A stretch of 64,000 bases of DNA from an uncultured Candidatus Saccharibacteria bacterium. GTDB taxonomy: Bacteria; Patescibacteriota; Dojkabacteria; JAOAGR01. Shown here one piece after another: positions 37,932 to 48,352 of the stretch. Within the stretch, counting starts at the first letter, position 1; each line of letters starts with the position of its first letter. The notes under the pieces are model-generated. The model was not told the DNA's origin, did not search any database, and saw only the letters and a program-made list of their open reading frames with translations. The position numbers were made by a program, and so were the translations under genes. The stretch is from NCBI GenBank assembly GCA_964503755.1, contig CAZDBO010000001.1, positions 92,285 to 156,284 on the forward strand, in the 5' to 3' direction.

Positions 37932-40220
37932 TTATTCTGACGTTTGATTATTCGAATTTTGTTCTTCACAAAATTTTATATCATTATCTATATCCCAAAT
38001 AATATATAATTCTTTATTGGAAAGCTTGTCTTTTGATTCTTTGAATAAATTATAAATCTTCAAAGCTTCGGTACATTGATTACTGAGTTTGTATAAATCA
38101 GCTAATCCTTCATTATATTCGTCTAAAATCGGTAAATATATCAAAGCTTCCTGAATGTAGCGTGATGCTTGGTTTGCATTGTTGGTATCCAATAATATTC
38201 TTCCAATTCTAAATAATGTATCGGGATGACGATTGTAAAGATTTAATACATTTTGAAAGTATGCTAGAGCAGTATTGTAAGAATCAAAATTAGTATTTTT
38301 ACTGTTTGAAAATGCATTTTGTAGTCTGCCAATTTCATAGTAATAATATCCCATCAAATAGTGGTTTTTATATTCGTAAGGATTATTAGAGATTGCTCGA
38401 TTAAGAATTGTTATATTATTGTTTACTATATTATTAATAAAATTTTGATCTCCTTCAGAAATTTCATAATTTGGATCAACTCTTTTATTTACAATTAGTT
38501 CATTGATTTTATTGGTTAATATATTTAGCTGTGCAGTTGCAAATTCTCTTAGATAAATGTCATTATATGGCTGCCAAGAGATTGCGTTTAATATATGATT
38601 TGTATATTCAGAAAATAATTTTTCATCGTTAGAGCTTCTAGAATATTCAATTAAATATTTCTTTCCAGCGTTGATATAATAGTTACCAACTCCTATAATG
38701 AATAAGTTGTAAATAGAAAATCCAATTATTATCATTATTATTGTTGGTACAACGTAATTAAACCCAACTATTGGTTTGGAAAATCTACCTTTTGCAAAAA
38801 GTAAAATTTTTGATGCTGGATTTTCTATATTCATAAATGAAACAAGTAATATATTAACAAAGAATGCAAGCATCAATGCTGTAGTATCCAGTCTATAAAG
38901 AAGCATAAAGAAAACTACAAATGCATTAGTTGCACCCAAAAATACAGTAGTAATATCATAATTGTAGATACCATTTTGGATCATTCTAAGTATTGGCCAC
39001 AAAAATATCAATAATATTAACAATATACCTATCACGCCTAAATCGTGAATTATTTGAAATATAAATGTAGATGCATGTATAGCTCGTAGTTCATAAACAG
39101 ATGGTGCTTGAGCGTTGATGGTAAGAGGAGTTTGAATTTGTCCATTAATATTTGCAGGGTTTTGCAGGCCAGATGGCTTGTATACATCAAAAGTATACAT
39201 ATAAGATCCAAACCCATTTCCAAGAAGAATAGAATTAATGTTAGATTGAGAATATTTTGACAATATTACTCGCCATGATAAATCAGGGCTTTGAGCACGT
39301 ACTGAGGGTAAGAGTATTCCTAATTGGACCAAAATTATGTAAGAAATAATACCAACTAACCATGGAATTACCACGATTAGATGAAATATTGTTGGCTTAA
39401 ATTTAATTGATGTGCGTATTATCGAATACATAAATGTAATAAAGACAAAAATCAAACTGGTTTCAAAAATAGGTATAGGTAGTGAAATAATTTTTGTTAC
39501 TAAAAAAAATGATAGTATATTAACAAGAGTTGTAAATAGATCAATCATTAAAATAATCTGATTTTTTCTACTGGAGATTTCTGAGTTTAAGATACGAATA
39601 ATGTTTATATATCCTAAACATACTGCAATAAAGAATACAAATGCAGCTGATCTTAGATCGCCACTAGGATAAAAATTTACATTATTTATGAAATTGCCTA
39701 TTGATGGATTAGAGATGATAAATTCTGTACTTAATCTTATAACTAAATACAATCCGGATAAACTAATACCCGTATATATCGCTCTTAATAATGGAAAGAA
39801 ATTCGCTCTATTTTCAATAATATTTAATGATAAAAATGCGAAAATAATTAGATTAATAAACTCGATAAATGAATTATCAATAGTGTAAAAATTACCAAAC
39901 ATGTTATTTAGATAGAAAGCAGAATAAAATATAGAAAATATACTCAACAGGCCAAGAACAATTAGAAATATATTGTGTGATGTAAATATAAACCTTATTT
40001 CCTTCTCTTTGTATATCTTATAAAACCAATACGCAATCAAAGATAAATTGATAATCGAAAGGATCAAAACTTTAGAAAAAGCTATTGATCCAAAGTATCC
40101 TAATGAATCAAAATATATGTTTGGGTTGATATAAGGATTTAGAAAGAAGAAAAATGAAGCAATTAAAACATAAAATATATTCTTTAGTGCTATTTTTTTT
40201 AATGCCGATTTAATATTCAT
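37932..40220 (-). CDS. polytopic membrane protein with C-terminal TPR repeats (O-antigen ligase/Wzy_C-like)
   Basis: 762 aa. About 12 predicted TM helices in the N-terminal 480 aa, then TPR-like repeats (YKNHYLMGYYYYEIGRLQNA...). Confidence 0.4.
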   Translation of the reverse strand: MNIKSALKKIALKNIFYVLIASFFFFLNPYINPNIYFDSLGYFGSIAFSKVLILSIINLSLIAYWFYKIYKEKEIRFIFTSHNIFLIVLGLLSIFSIFYSAFYLNNMFGNFYTIDNSFIEFINLIIFAFLSLNIIENRANFFPLLRAIYTGISLSGLYLVIRLSTEFIISNPSIGNFINNVNFYPSGDLRSAAFVFFIAVCLGYINIIRILNSEISSRKNQIILMIDLFTTLVNILSFFLVTKIISLPIPIFETSLIFVFITFMYSIIRTSIKFKPTIFHLIVVIPWLVGIISYIILVQLGILLPSVRAQSPDLSWRVILSKYSQSNINSILLGNGFGSYMYTFDVYKPSGLQNPANINGQIQTPLTINAQAPSVYELRAIHASTFIFQIIHDLGVIGILLILLIFLWPILRMIQNGIYNYDITTVFLGATNAFVVFFMLLYRLDTTALMLAFFVNILLVSFMNIENPASKILLFAKGRFSKPIVGFNYVVPTIIMIIIGFSIYNLFIIGVGNYYINAGKKYLIEYSRSSNDEKLFSEYTNHILNAISWQPYNDIYLREFATAQLNILTNKINELIVNKRVDPNYEISEGDQNFINNIVNNNITILNRAISNNPYEYKNHYLMGYYYYEIGRLQNAFSNSKNTNFDSYNTALAYFQNVLNLYNRHPDTLFRIGRILLDTNNANQASRYIQEALIYLPILDEYNEGLADLYKLSNQCTEALKIYNLFKESKDKLSNKELYIIWDIDNDIKFCEEQNSNNQTSE

Positions 40221-40420
40221 AATAATTTATGCTTATTATTTAACATTTATTAAACCGTATTGCAATTATTAAAAAAATTGGTAAATTCAAATGGTATAAT
40301 TAGATGTTTTTATGTTAAATAGAAAAAGTTTGATTCATAAATATTCTAAAAAAGTGATAGACATCCAGGTCTGTTAAATTAAGCCATATAAAAAAAGATT
40401 GTATAATCAATCAAAAGAAA

Positions 40421-41770
40421 TTGATTTCGATGGAAAAAAAAACAAACTTTAAAAAGCAGATCATAAAATCTTTATTTAAAATAATAGGATTGATTTTGCT
40501 TTTTTTTATACCAGTTTTACAAATATTAAATAAATTGGTTCAACGTATTTTTAATTTTAATAAGATAAGATTATATTCTAATTATATTAATGGAGTCTAC
40601 AAAAAGTATTTATTATCCTTATCCTTAGTACTTTTATTCATTGTTAGCATATTTTTTTATTTGTTTACAGGTAATAATAAACTTGAACTTTTATCAAAAT
40701 ATTCAGACTATAATAATCATGGGAGACTTTATGAGATAATGTCTAGTCGTTCGGTAGATGTTGGTATGTTTTCGACTAGACAATTAAGAATTATTCAGCA
40801 TATTGTCAAAGAAGGTGATACTTTAGAAAGTATTGCAAACAAATATAGCACAGAAGACAATAAAATAAGTGTTGATTCTATAGTTTGGACTAACGGTCTC
40901 AATCCGAATCAGATACTCAAGCCGGGAATGATGCTAGAAATACCACCGGTGAATGGAATAATACATACTGTAAAAAATGGAGAAAATATTATCAGTATTG
41001 CAAAAAAATATAATCTATTGGCAGATAATGCTTCTAATGAACAGATTTTAGGTATAACACAGCAGATTGTGGATATAAATTTACTTGATGTTGTAACTAG
41101 ATTAAATGAAAATGGCGAAGAATATAAAGAGATAATTATTGTTGAGGGACAAAAACTGATCATACCGGGAGGTTATATCAAACCAACTCCGACACCCACT
41201 CCAAGACCGCGCCAACCTGTATATGCTAATAACACTAGTAATAATCAAAATACTAATGTTTCTGTTTCTGATAGTTATTTGAGATGGATACTCACATCTA
41301 ACTCAACAAATGGAACTTATGCACTCTGTCGAGAAGAACCACCAGTATCCGGCGTAGAGGAAGATGGGTGGACATGGCCTGTATATGAAGGAATTGGAGT
41401 TATCACAAACTACTTCAATAGGTATTATCATAAAGGATTAGATATAGCTTACGGATCAAGTAATTATGGACCGTATTTGGTTTCGATGGCGAATGGGTAT
41501 ATATTTTCAATGCGATGGGAAAATGGTGGAGGAGCATATGTTGCACGAGTTATGACTGATTCAGGGTATATTCTTGGTTACGCTCATATGGCTTGTTTTA
41601 GAAAAGATATGTATGAGGCACTGTTGCGAGGTGAAAAAGTACGTGTCAAAAAGGGAGAAATAATCGGAAGAATGGGAAATACCGGTAATAGTACTGGTCC
41701 ACATGTACATTTAGAAGTTATTCAGGGTGGAGTTTATGTAGATCCTTGTATAGTTGTTGATAGATGTTAA
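40421..41770 (+). CDS. LysM-domain M23 family peptidoglycan endopeptidase
   Basis: N-terminal TM anchor. Two LysM repeats (HIVKEGDTLESIANKY; HTVKNGENIISIAKKY). PT/PR linker. C-terminal M23 motifs (HKGLDIA; GNTGNSTGPHVHLEV). Confidence 0.8.
   Translation: MISMEKKTNFKKQIIKSLFKIIGLILLFFIPVLQILNKLVQRIFNFNKIRLYSNYINGVYKKYLLSLSLVLLFIVSIFFYLFTGNNKLELLSKYSDYNNHGRLYEIMSSRSVDVGMFSTRQLRIIQHIVKEGDTLESIANKYSTEDNKISVDSIVWTNGLNPNQILKPGMMLEIPPVNGIIHTVKNGENIISIAKKYNLLADNASNEQILGITQQIVDINLLDVVTRLNENGEEYKEIIIVEGQKLIIPGGYIKPTPTPTPRPRQPVYANNTSNNQNTNVSVSDSYLRWILTSNSTNGTYALCREEPPVSGVEEDGWTWPVYEGIGVITNYFNRYYHKGLDIAYGSSNYGPYLVSMANGYIFSMRWENGGGAYVARVMTDSGYILGYAHMACFRKDMYEALLRGEKVRVKKGEIIGRMGNTGNSTGPHVHLEVIQGGVYVDPCIVVDRC
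41180..41218 (+). repeat. Pro-Thr/Pro-Arg low-complexity linker (KPTPTPTPRPRQP) inside LysM-M23 gene
   Basis: Dinucleotide-codon repeat visible in the DNA. Confidence 0.6.
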
Positions 41771-41791
41771 TCTTAATATTAAAATTTACTC

Positions 41792-43324
41792 GTGTATAGT
41801 AAGGTATGTAGTGCCATTACTTATGGCTTATCAGCTCAGCTTGTTAGTATAGAAGTGGATATAATTAATTCACAACTTCCGGGTTTTTCTATTGTGGGTT
41901 TGCCTGATAAATCCGTACAAGAATCTAAAGATAGAGTTATATCGGCTATAAAAAATTCTGGTTTTGACTTTCCTAGAAAAAAAATAGTTATAAATTTAGC
42001 TCCTGCTGATAAACTAAAAGTCGGTGCATTTTATGATCTACCAATTGCGATTTCTATACTAAAAGCAACAAATCAAGTAGATACATCGGTTGATCTTGAT
42101 AAACTAATATTTTTGGGTGAACTTTCCTTGGATGGTACTTTACGTGCAACAGATGGGGTATTGCCAATAAGTCTTCACTTAAAAGAGTTAGGGAATTTTG
42201 ATGGCATAGTCTTGCCGTATGATTCAGCAAATGAGGCTGCTATTGTTAGGACACATAATGTCTATGGTTTTAAACATATAAGAGATCTAATAGAATCAAT
42301 AAATAATAATGAATTAAACAAACATAAACATATATACAAAGAAACTGAAGAGCAGGAGAGTTATCAATATCTTTTTGAGCATATTGTAGGTCAGGAAGAT
42401 ATGAAGAGAGCGTGTCTTATAGGTGTTGCGGGGAATCATAATATGCTATTTGTTGGTAGTCCTGGAGCTGGTAAAACAATGGTTGCAAAATGTATTCCAT
42501 CAATTTTGCCAGATATGACCGAGGAAGAAATGATTGAGGTAACGAAGATTTATTCATCAGCTGGACTTTTAGAAAATAAGTCTTTGATTAAAAAAAGACC
42601 TTTTAGATCACCTCATCATACTTCTTCTGTTGTTTCTATTATTGGTGGTGGACGTATACCAAAACCTGGAGAATTAACACTTGCACATCGTGGTGTTTTA
42701 TTTTTTGATGAACTAACTGAGTTTCCTGTATCTGCAATAGAAGCATTGCGCCAACCGTTAGAAGATAGATGCGTGACTATATCGAGAGTCAATGCAACAT
42801 TTAAGTTCCCTGCAAACTTTATTTTTGTTGGAGCAATGAATCCTTGTAAATGCGGATGGTATGGCGATGCTGAAAAACAATGTACTTGTTCACCAGTTGA
42901 GATAGAGAGGCATAGGAAAAAGATATCCGGTCCTATTATGGATAGAATTGATCTGCAAGTATGGGTAAGAAGAGTTCCTACGCAAACTATTGCCTCATCT
43001 CAAAATAATATAAATACTAAATATACTTCTGCAAACATGCTTGATATAGTACGACGTGTTAGAAAAATGCAATTAGAAAGATACAATAAAGAAACTTTTA
43101 AAACGAATTCTGAGATACCAAGTAGTAAAGTAGACAAATATTGTAAAATGAATGATGATGCTAAAAGTATTTTATTAAACTTTATGAATAAAAATAATTT
43201 GTCTATGCGTTCATATTTTAAAATTTTGAAAGTTGCTTTGACTATAAATATGATAGAAAATAGGCGAGAGATTATAAATAAAGAATCTGTCCTAGAGGCT
43301 ATAAAATATAGAATAACTATATGA
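41792..43324 (+). CDS. comM: YifB/ComM family Mg-chelatase-like AAA+ ATPase
   Basis: 510 aa. ChlI-like AAA+ Walker A GSPGAGKTM. Typical YifB N-terminal Lon-like domain (DIINSQLPGFSIVGLPD). Confidence 0.85.
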   Translation: MYSKVCSAITYGLSAQLVSIEVDIINSQLPGFSIVGLPDKSVQESKDRVISAIKNSGFDFPRKKIVINLAPADKLKVGAFYDLPIAISILKATNQVDTSVDLDKLIFLGELSLDGTLRATDGVLPISLHLKELGNFDGIVLPYDSANEAAIVRTHNVYGFKHIRDLIESINNNELNKHKHIYKETEEQESYQYLFEHIVGQEDMKRACLIGVAGNHNMLFVGSPGAGKTMVAKCIPSILPDMTEEEMIEVTKIYSSAGLLENKSLIKKRPFRSPHHTSSVVSIIGGGRIPKPGELTLAHRGVLFFDELTEFPVSAIEALRQPLEDRCVTISRVNATFKFPANFIFVGAMNPCKCGWYGDAEKQCTCSPVEIERHRKKISGPIMDRIDLQVWVRRVPTQTIASSQNNINTKYTSANMLDIVRRVRKMQLERYNKETFKTNSEIPSSKVDKYCKMNDDAKSILLNFMNKNNLSMRSYFKILKVALTINMIENRREIINKESVLEAIKYRITI

Positions 43325-46248
43325 AGCTTAGAAATAAAAAAATAAAACAGAACAATAACTTGATTGCCAAATGGTTAGATTTAGTTTCTAAAAGAAATAA
43401 GATTTTGAATAGAAATATTGGAAGAATAAGATTATCGAAAACTCAAGATACAAATAGAAAGATGTTAAAAAGAAAAATATTGAATATATTGGGTAAATTT
43501 ATGATTTTTTTTACGGTATTCGTTTTGTTAGGTTTATTATCTGTTGTTCTTGGCGTTTTAACAATTATTAGTGCATATTCTAGAGATTTACCTGATGTTG
43601 ATCAGTACTTAGCTAATATAAATAAAACTCTTGGTAAAGAAACTATTATAGTGGATCGTAATGGCACCGAAGTTTATCGTTTAAGAGGAGATATCGTTTC
43701 AGAGAGGTTTACTTTAGATGAAACGCCACCTCTTTTACACTGGGTGTTTAAAGCGGCTGAAGATAAATATTTTGATGATCATAATGGATTAGATGTATTT
43801 GGATTAACAAGGGCTTTATTATGTATAGGCGAAAATTATTTGAATGGAAAAAGAAGTTATGATGGATGTCCTGGAGGTAGTACTATTACCCAACAGTTGA
43901 TTAAAAATGTTACGGGTAATAATACAACCACTGTTCAACGCAAAGTGCAAGAAGCTGTACTTGCTATGAATTTAGAAAGGAAATTTGGTTCTGAGGGGAA
44001 AAATAAGATTTTGGAATACTATATGAATATTGTTTCGATGGGAGGTGTTTACATTGGGGTAAAAGTAGGGGCAAAGAATTTATTTGGTAAAGAAATGAAG
44101 GATTTAACTCTGGCGGAAATGTGCTTTATTGCTGGTATTCCTCAACGGCCTAATGTGCTTTCTCCACGTGGTAGTGGTTACAATATTGAACGGTCAAAAA
44201 ATAGAGCAAAGTATGTTTTAAATAATTTGTATGAAATTAGAGATAAAGTGAAAAGATATACTGGTGTTGAATTGACCGATGAGTTATATAAACAGACCTT
44301 ACAGGAGATTGAAAATGTACAATTTCAACCGGATCAAAAAATAGATATTAAAGCACCTCATTATGTAAATACCGCTCTTGAAGATATAGAAGAGAAAAAG
44401 ATATTTGCTGATAGATCACCTGACGGATCAAGTATTACATTTTTGAAAAATTCTGGATATAAAATAGTTCTAGCATTGGACCTACCAACACAAGATTTGT
44501 TACAAAAATATATATATGACGGTGTATCCAACCCAGAGTTTCAAGAAGCAACATATGCTCAAAATGCTGCTGGTGTGATCATGGATCCAAATACTGGTGA
44601 AGTTCTGGCAATGGTTGGATCTAAAGATTTTTTTGCCAAGAGTGATGATAAAAGATTTGCACCCGAATTTAATGCTGCAACAGCTTATAGACAACCGGGA
44701 TCTTCACTAAAACCTATTTTGTATGGTGCTATGTTTACAAAAAGATTTAATCCTAGTTCTGTACTGCCCGATATACCGATGAATCTTTCAGGTAACAGAA
44801 ATGCTACAGGTGTTTGGCCATATAATTATAATCGTAGATTTGGATCATATATTGATACTATAAATACAGGAAAGGCTGATTTTATCAGTGTAAGACATGC
44901 TCTCAAATTTTCTCTGAACATGCCCGCCGCTGCGGCTTATCATATTGCTGGTAGCGATACAATGGTCGATTTATATACTAAACTTTCAGGCAATCCTGTT
45001 GCTGGCGCAAATTTTGGTAATCCTGCATCGGTTATTGGTGCAGCATCTGTACGTGTGATAGATCAAGCACAGGCCTATTCCACAATTGCAGCTGGTGGTA
45101 TTTATAGAGAGAGAAAATACATTTTAGAGATATATGATGACAAAGGAAATTTAGTTTATGATAACAAAGAAGTCGTTGATAAAAGAGTACTAGACGAAAG
45201 ATATGCTTTTTTGATTAATGATATTTCAAAAGAACCAATACATCTTTCAAGACCTTTTTATGTACAACTAAGAAATGAAGGTATAGACTTCAGATCAAAA
45301 ACTGGTACATCAGACGGTGAAAAAGGACCGCCAGATATTTATATTTATGGTTATACTCCAGATCGTACTATAGTTCTGTGGGGAGGAAATAGTTGTTCTG
45401 GTTATGAATGTCCGCTAAAACCAACTGCCCTTTCTGATCATCTAAACAGATATATTCTTGAACCTTTTTTAGCTGCTTACAAAAATCAGCTTGGTAAAAG
45501 AAAATTTACTCCACCTAGTGGTGTAACAAAAGTATCATTATGTTCTTTAACTGGTAACATAATGACAGAAGAATGCTTGTTGGCTGGAGGAAAAGAAGTC
45601 CAAGATTATGTTGTTGGTAAGCCACGGGATGAATATATGATTGATGTAGCTATGGTTGTACCATGCCCAGTTAATTATAAATTAGCTCGACAGGTTGATA
45701 TGGATCTAGGTATAGCAGAAAGAAAAGGTTATGTTAATTTCCACAAAATGTTTCCACAAAAATTTATTTCTGATCAGATTTTATCCTATTTACAATCCAA
45801 AGGTATGGTTAAGCCAGAACAAGAATGTGATATAGAAAGAACTATAAATCCAACACAAATAAATATAATAAGTCCTACTGAAAATGCGGTATTTGTAAAG
45901 GGAACAAATATTAACTTGAACTATAGTATTACATCTGATATACCATTACAGAAAAAAGAATTGTTTATTAATTCAATTCTCTATACCAATCTTGATAACC
46001 TTTCTGGAACTGTTGATATATCGACAGAGGATTTACCTTTGGGAAGCAATACTATAACAATAGTTGTGACAGAAAAAGATGAAAAAGAAGTGGAAAAGTC
46101 AGTAAATATAATTATACAGTCTAACAATATAACGCCGCCTACCACAACACCTACTCCTACTCCAACTCCTACTCCCCCTGTTACCGTATTATTGCCTTCA
46201 GAAAGGTACTTTGATCAGTTGGTACTTTCGTATAGAGTTCATTCTTAA
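43321..46248 (+). CDS. class A penicillin-binding protein (bifunctional transglycosylase/transpeptidase) with long C-terminal extension
   Basis: 975 aa. N-terminal TM. GT51 motif GGSTITQQLIKN. Transpeptidase SxxK (GSSLKP). About 250-aa C-terminal tail ending in a PTTTPTPTPTPTPP linker. Confidence 0.85.
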   Translation: MKLRNKKIKQNNNLIAKWLDLVSKRNKILNRNIGRIRLSKTQDTNRKMLKRKILNILGKFMIFFTVFVLLGLLSVVLGVLTIISAYSRDLPDVDQYLANINKTLGKETIIVDRNGTEVYRLRGDIVSERFTLDETPPLLHWVFKAAEDKYFDDHNGLDVFGLTRALLCIGENYLNGKRSYDGCPGGSTITQQLIKNVTGNNTTTVQRKVQEAVLAMNLERKFGSEGKNKILEYYMNIVSMGGVYIGVKVGAKNLFGKEMKDLTLAEMCFIAGIPQRPNVLSPRGSGYNIERSKNRAKYVLNNLYEIRDKVKRYTGVELTDELYKQTLQEIENVQFQPDQKIDIKAPHYVNTALEDIEEKKIFADRSPDGSSITFLKNSGYKIVLALDLPTQDLLQKYIYDGVSNPEFQEATYAQNAAGVIMDPNTGEVLAMVGSKDFFAKSDDKRFAPEFNAATAYRQPGSSLKPILYGAMFTKRFNPSSVLPDIPMNLSGNRNATGVWPYNYNRRFGSYIDTINTGKADFISVRHALKFSLNMPAAAAYHIAGSDTMVDLYTKLSGNPVAGANFGNPASVIGAASVRVIDQAQAYSTIAAGGIYRERKYILEIYDDKGNLVYDNKEVVDKRVLDERYAFLINDISKEPIHLSRPFYVQLRNEGIDFRSKTGTSDGEKGPPDIYIYGYTPDRTIVLWGGNSCSGYECPLKPTALSDHLNRYILEPFLAAYKNQLGKRKFTPPSGVTKVSLCSLTGNIMTEECLLAGGKEVQDYVVGKPRDEYMIDVAMVVPCPVNYKLARQVDMDLGIAERKGYVNFHKMFPQKFISDQILSYLQSKGMVKPEQECDIERTINPTQINIISPTENAVFVKGTNINLNYSITSDIPLQKKELFINSILYTNLDNLSGTVDISTEDLPLGSNTITIVVTEKDEKEVEKSVNIIIQSNNITPPTTTPTPTPTPTPPVTVLLPSERYFDQLVLSYRVHS
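46132..46190 (+). repeat. Pro-Thr linker repeat (ACTCCT-type hexanucleotide repeats) in PBP C-terminus
   Basis: ITPPTTTPTPTPTPTPPVTV; the DNA shows tandem actcct/actcca units. Confidence 0.6.
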
Positions 46249-46259
46249 ATTATTCTCAG

Positions 46260-47201
46260 ATGTTAAGCGAAATAGACATAGAAGAGTATAAACAAAAATC
46301 TAGTCCTAATACGTTTTTACAAGAGTATTATTGGGCAAAATTAAAATCTTTATATGGTTATCAAGCAAAATTTTTTGAGTACACTGATCATAAAAATAAA
46401 TTTTACTTTTTTTGTTTAATAAGATATAGATTTGGATTTGCATTGGCTTATATACCAAGAGTTTCTATTTCATTTTCTATGGAGGAAGAATTTAAGCAAT
46501 TTTTAAGTGCTGTTAAGCACAAATTTTTTATTAGCTATATTGAATTTGATGCATTACCAGAAGAACTTTCAAAATTTATTAACTTTTCTAAAAAAGACAT
46601 ACAGCCATCTAGTACGTTTATTACACCGATTGATAAAGATTTTGGTATCAATTGTATAAAAAACAAAGTAACACGAAAAAATATTAGAAGATCAATTGAA
46701 AATGCAGAAAAATTTGGATGGAGATTTGAAGTCAAAAAAAAGCTAAATGATAAAGATCTCGATGCTTTTTATAGACTCTATTTTAATATGACAAGTTTGA
46801 AAAATTATGATAGGAGAGAAATAGAATATTTTCAAAGATTGCAAGAAATCATAGATGAAAGTTTTTGGTATGTTTTGTATGATAGTGAAAATAATTTGAT
46901 TATGGCTAATTATGCCATTCTACACGACAGAACAAAAACAAATTATTTACTATATGTGGCAAGAGATATGAGTCTTGATAAGTATGAAATATCTTATTTT
47001 TTAATGTATCAAATTTTTTTATATTTAAAAGATAATGGTTATCAATATTGTGATCACTGGGGATATGATCTGAAAGATCCTAGGAAATATGGCTATAGTA
47101 AATTTAAAGAACAATTTGGAGGGATAGTAAAAAACTATCCTAAACCAATAGTTGTTAGTAAATTTGATATATTAATCAAATTGTTATCTATACTAATGTG
47201 A
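46260..47201 (+). CDS. FemAB/FemX-family (GNAT-fold) peptidoglycan branch aminoacyl-transferase-like protein
   Basis: 313 aa. C-terminal YGYSKFKEQFGG resembles the conserved FemAB-family GL.RFK.GFGG end. Sits immediately downstream of the PBP. Confidence 0.45.
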   Translation: MLSEIDIEEYKQKSSPNTFLQEYYWAKLKSLYGYQAKFFEYTDHKNKFYFFCLIRYRFGFALAYIPRVSISFSMEEEFKQFLSAVKHKFFISYIEFDALPEELSKFINFSKKDIQPSSTFITPIDKDFGINCIKNKVTRKNIRRSIENAEKFGWRFEVKKKLNDKDLDAFYRLYFNMTSLKNYDRREIEYFQRLQEIIDESFWYVLYDSENNLIMANYAILHDRTKTNYLLYVARDMSLDKYEISYFLMYQIFLYLKDNGYQYCDHWGYDLKDPRKYGYSKFKEQFGGIVKNYPKPIVVSKFDILIKLLSILM

Positions 47202-47210
47202 TAAAATATA

Positions 47211-47768
47211 TTGGTTGTGAAAAAATATAAAGATTACAAAGACGATTTAGATAAAAAATTTAGAAAAAATAGAGAAATTAAATCGAGTTACGTCAGGTTG
47301 ATAGATGAAGAAGGAAATTTCGTCGGTGAGTTTTCTCTTTCTGATGCTTTAAGTAAGGCAGAGGAGGTAGGTTTAGATTTGGTAGAAGTGGCACCAAATT
47401 CAAATCCACCTGTATGTAAGATAATCGACTGGAATAAGTTTAAGTACGAATATAATAAAAAACAGAAAAATGTTCAGAAATCGGCTGGTACAAAAGTGAA
47501 AGAGGTTAGATTCAAATTAGGTACAGGTAAGGCAGAAATTGATATGAAAATTAAGAATATAAATAAATTTTTACAGGAAAAAAATAGAGTGAAAATAGTT
47601 TTGCAGTTACGAGGAAAGCAACAGTATGTTCCAGGTAATATCGAAATTGCAAAGCAGAAAGTAAATGATATAATAAATCAGATTACAGTTAATCACCAAT
47701 TAGAAAATGAGATAAAAGTGGAAGGTAAAAATATTTGTGCTATAATAAGGCCATTACTAAGAAAATGA
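47211..47768 (+). CDS. infC: translation initiation factor IF-3
   Basis: 185 aa. VRLIDEEGNFVGEFSLSDALSKAEEVGLDLVEVAPNSNPPVCKIID. Likely non-AUG (TTG) start, as expected for autoregulated infC. Confidence 0.88.
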   Translation: MVVKKYKDYKDDLDKKFRKNREIKSSYVRLIDEEGNFVGEFSLSDALSKAEEVGLDLVEVAPNSNPPVCKIIDWNKFKYEYNKKQKNVQKSAGTKVKEVRFKLGTGKAEIDMKIKNINKFLQEKNRVKIVLQLRGKQQYVPGNIEIAKQKVNDIINQITVNHQLENEIKVEGKNICAIIRPLLRK

Positions 47769-47771
47769 TTT

Positions 47772-47975
47772 ATGGGAAAGATAAGAGTACACAAAGCTAG
47801 TGCAAAGCGATTTAAAGTAACTTCAAATGGTAAATTAAAATATAAGCCATCAGGATGGGGTCATCTAAAGGCTAAAAAAGATGCAAGAATAAAATATAGA
47901 AAAACTAAGCGAAGAATATTGTCTAATGATTCAGAAAAGAGATTAAAAGAATTAATGCAAATTTCAACTAAATAA
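47772..47975 (+). CDS. rpmI: 50S ribosomal protein L35
   Basis: 67 aa. MGKIRVHKASAKRFKVTSNGKLKY. Confidence 0.9.
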   Translation: MGKIRVHKASAKRFKVTSNGKLKYKPSGWGHLKAKKDARIKYRKTKRRILSNDSEKRLKELMQISTK

Positions 47976-47989
47976 AATAATTAGTAGTT

Positions 47990-48337
47990 ATGAGAGTTAA
48001 AGCTGGTACAAACACACGAAGACGACACAAAAAAATATTAAAAGCTGTAAAAGGATATGTCCGTGCTCGGTCAAAACTTTATAAGGTAGCTAGAGAAAGT
48101 TATCTACATGCTGGCCAATATTCTTTTGCAGGAAGGAAGAAAAGAAAGTCTGATATGCGTAGTTTGTGGATTATGCGTCTCAACGCAGCTTTGAGAATTC
48201 ATGGTATTTCTTATTCGTCTTTTATTAACTCACTAAAAAAACATAACATTGAACTTAATAGGAAAAGTCTTTCTGAACTGGCTATAAATGAGCCTAATGT
48301 TTTTTCTCAACTAGTTTCCCAAGTAACTGCAAAATAA
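47990..48337 (+). CDS. rplT: 50S ribosomal protein L20
   Basis: 115 aa. RVKAGTNTRRRHKKILKAVKGY...MRLNAALRIHG. Confidence 0.93.
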   Translation: MRVKAGTNTRRRHKKILKAVKGYVRARSKLYKVARESYLHAGQYSFAGRKKRKSDMRSLWIMRLNAALRIHGISYSSFINSLKKHNIELNRKSLSELAINEPNVFSQLVSQVTAK

Positions 48338-48352
48338 CATAAATAAATCTTT

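Noticed and set aside
46260-47201. Calling the 313-aa protein a generic GNAT acetyltransferase unrelated to cell wall
   Set aside because: Kept as FemAB-like at modest confidence instead. The C-terminal ...YSKFKEQFGG matches the FemAB-family terminus and the gene is contiguous with the class-A PBP. A profile search is still needed.
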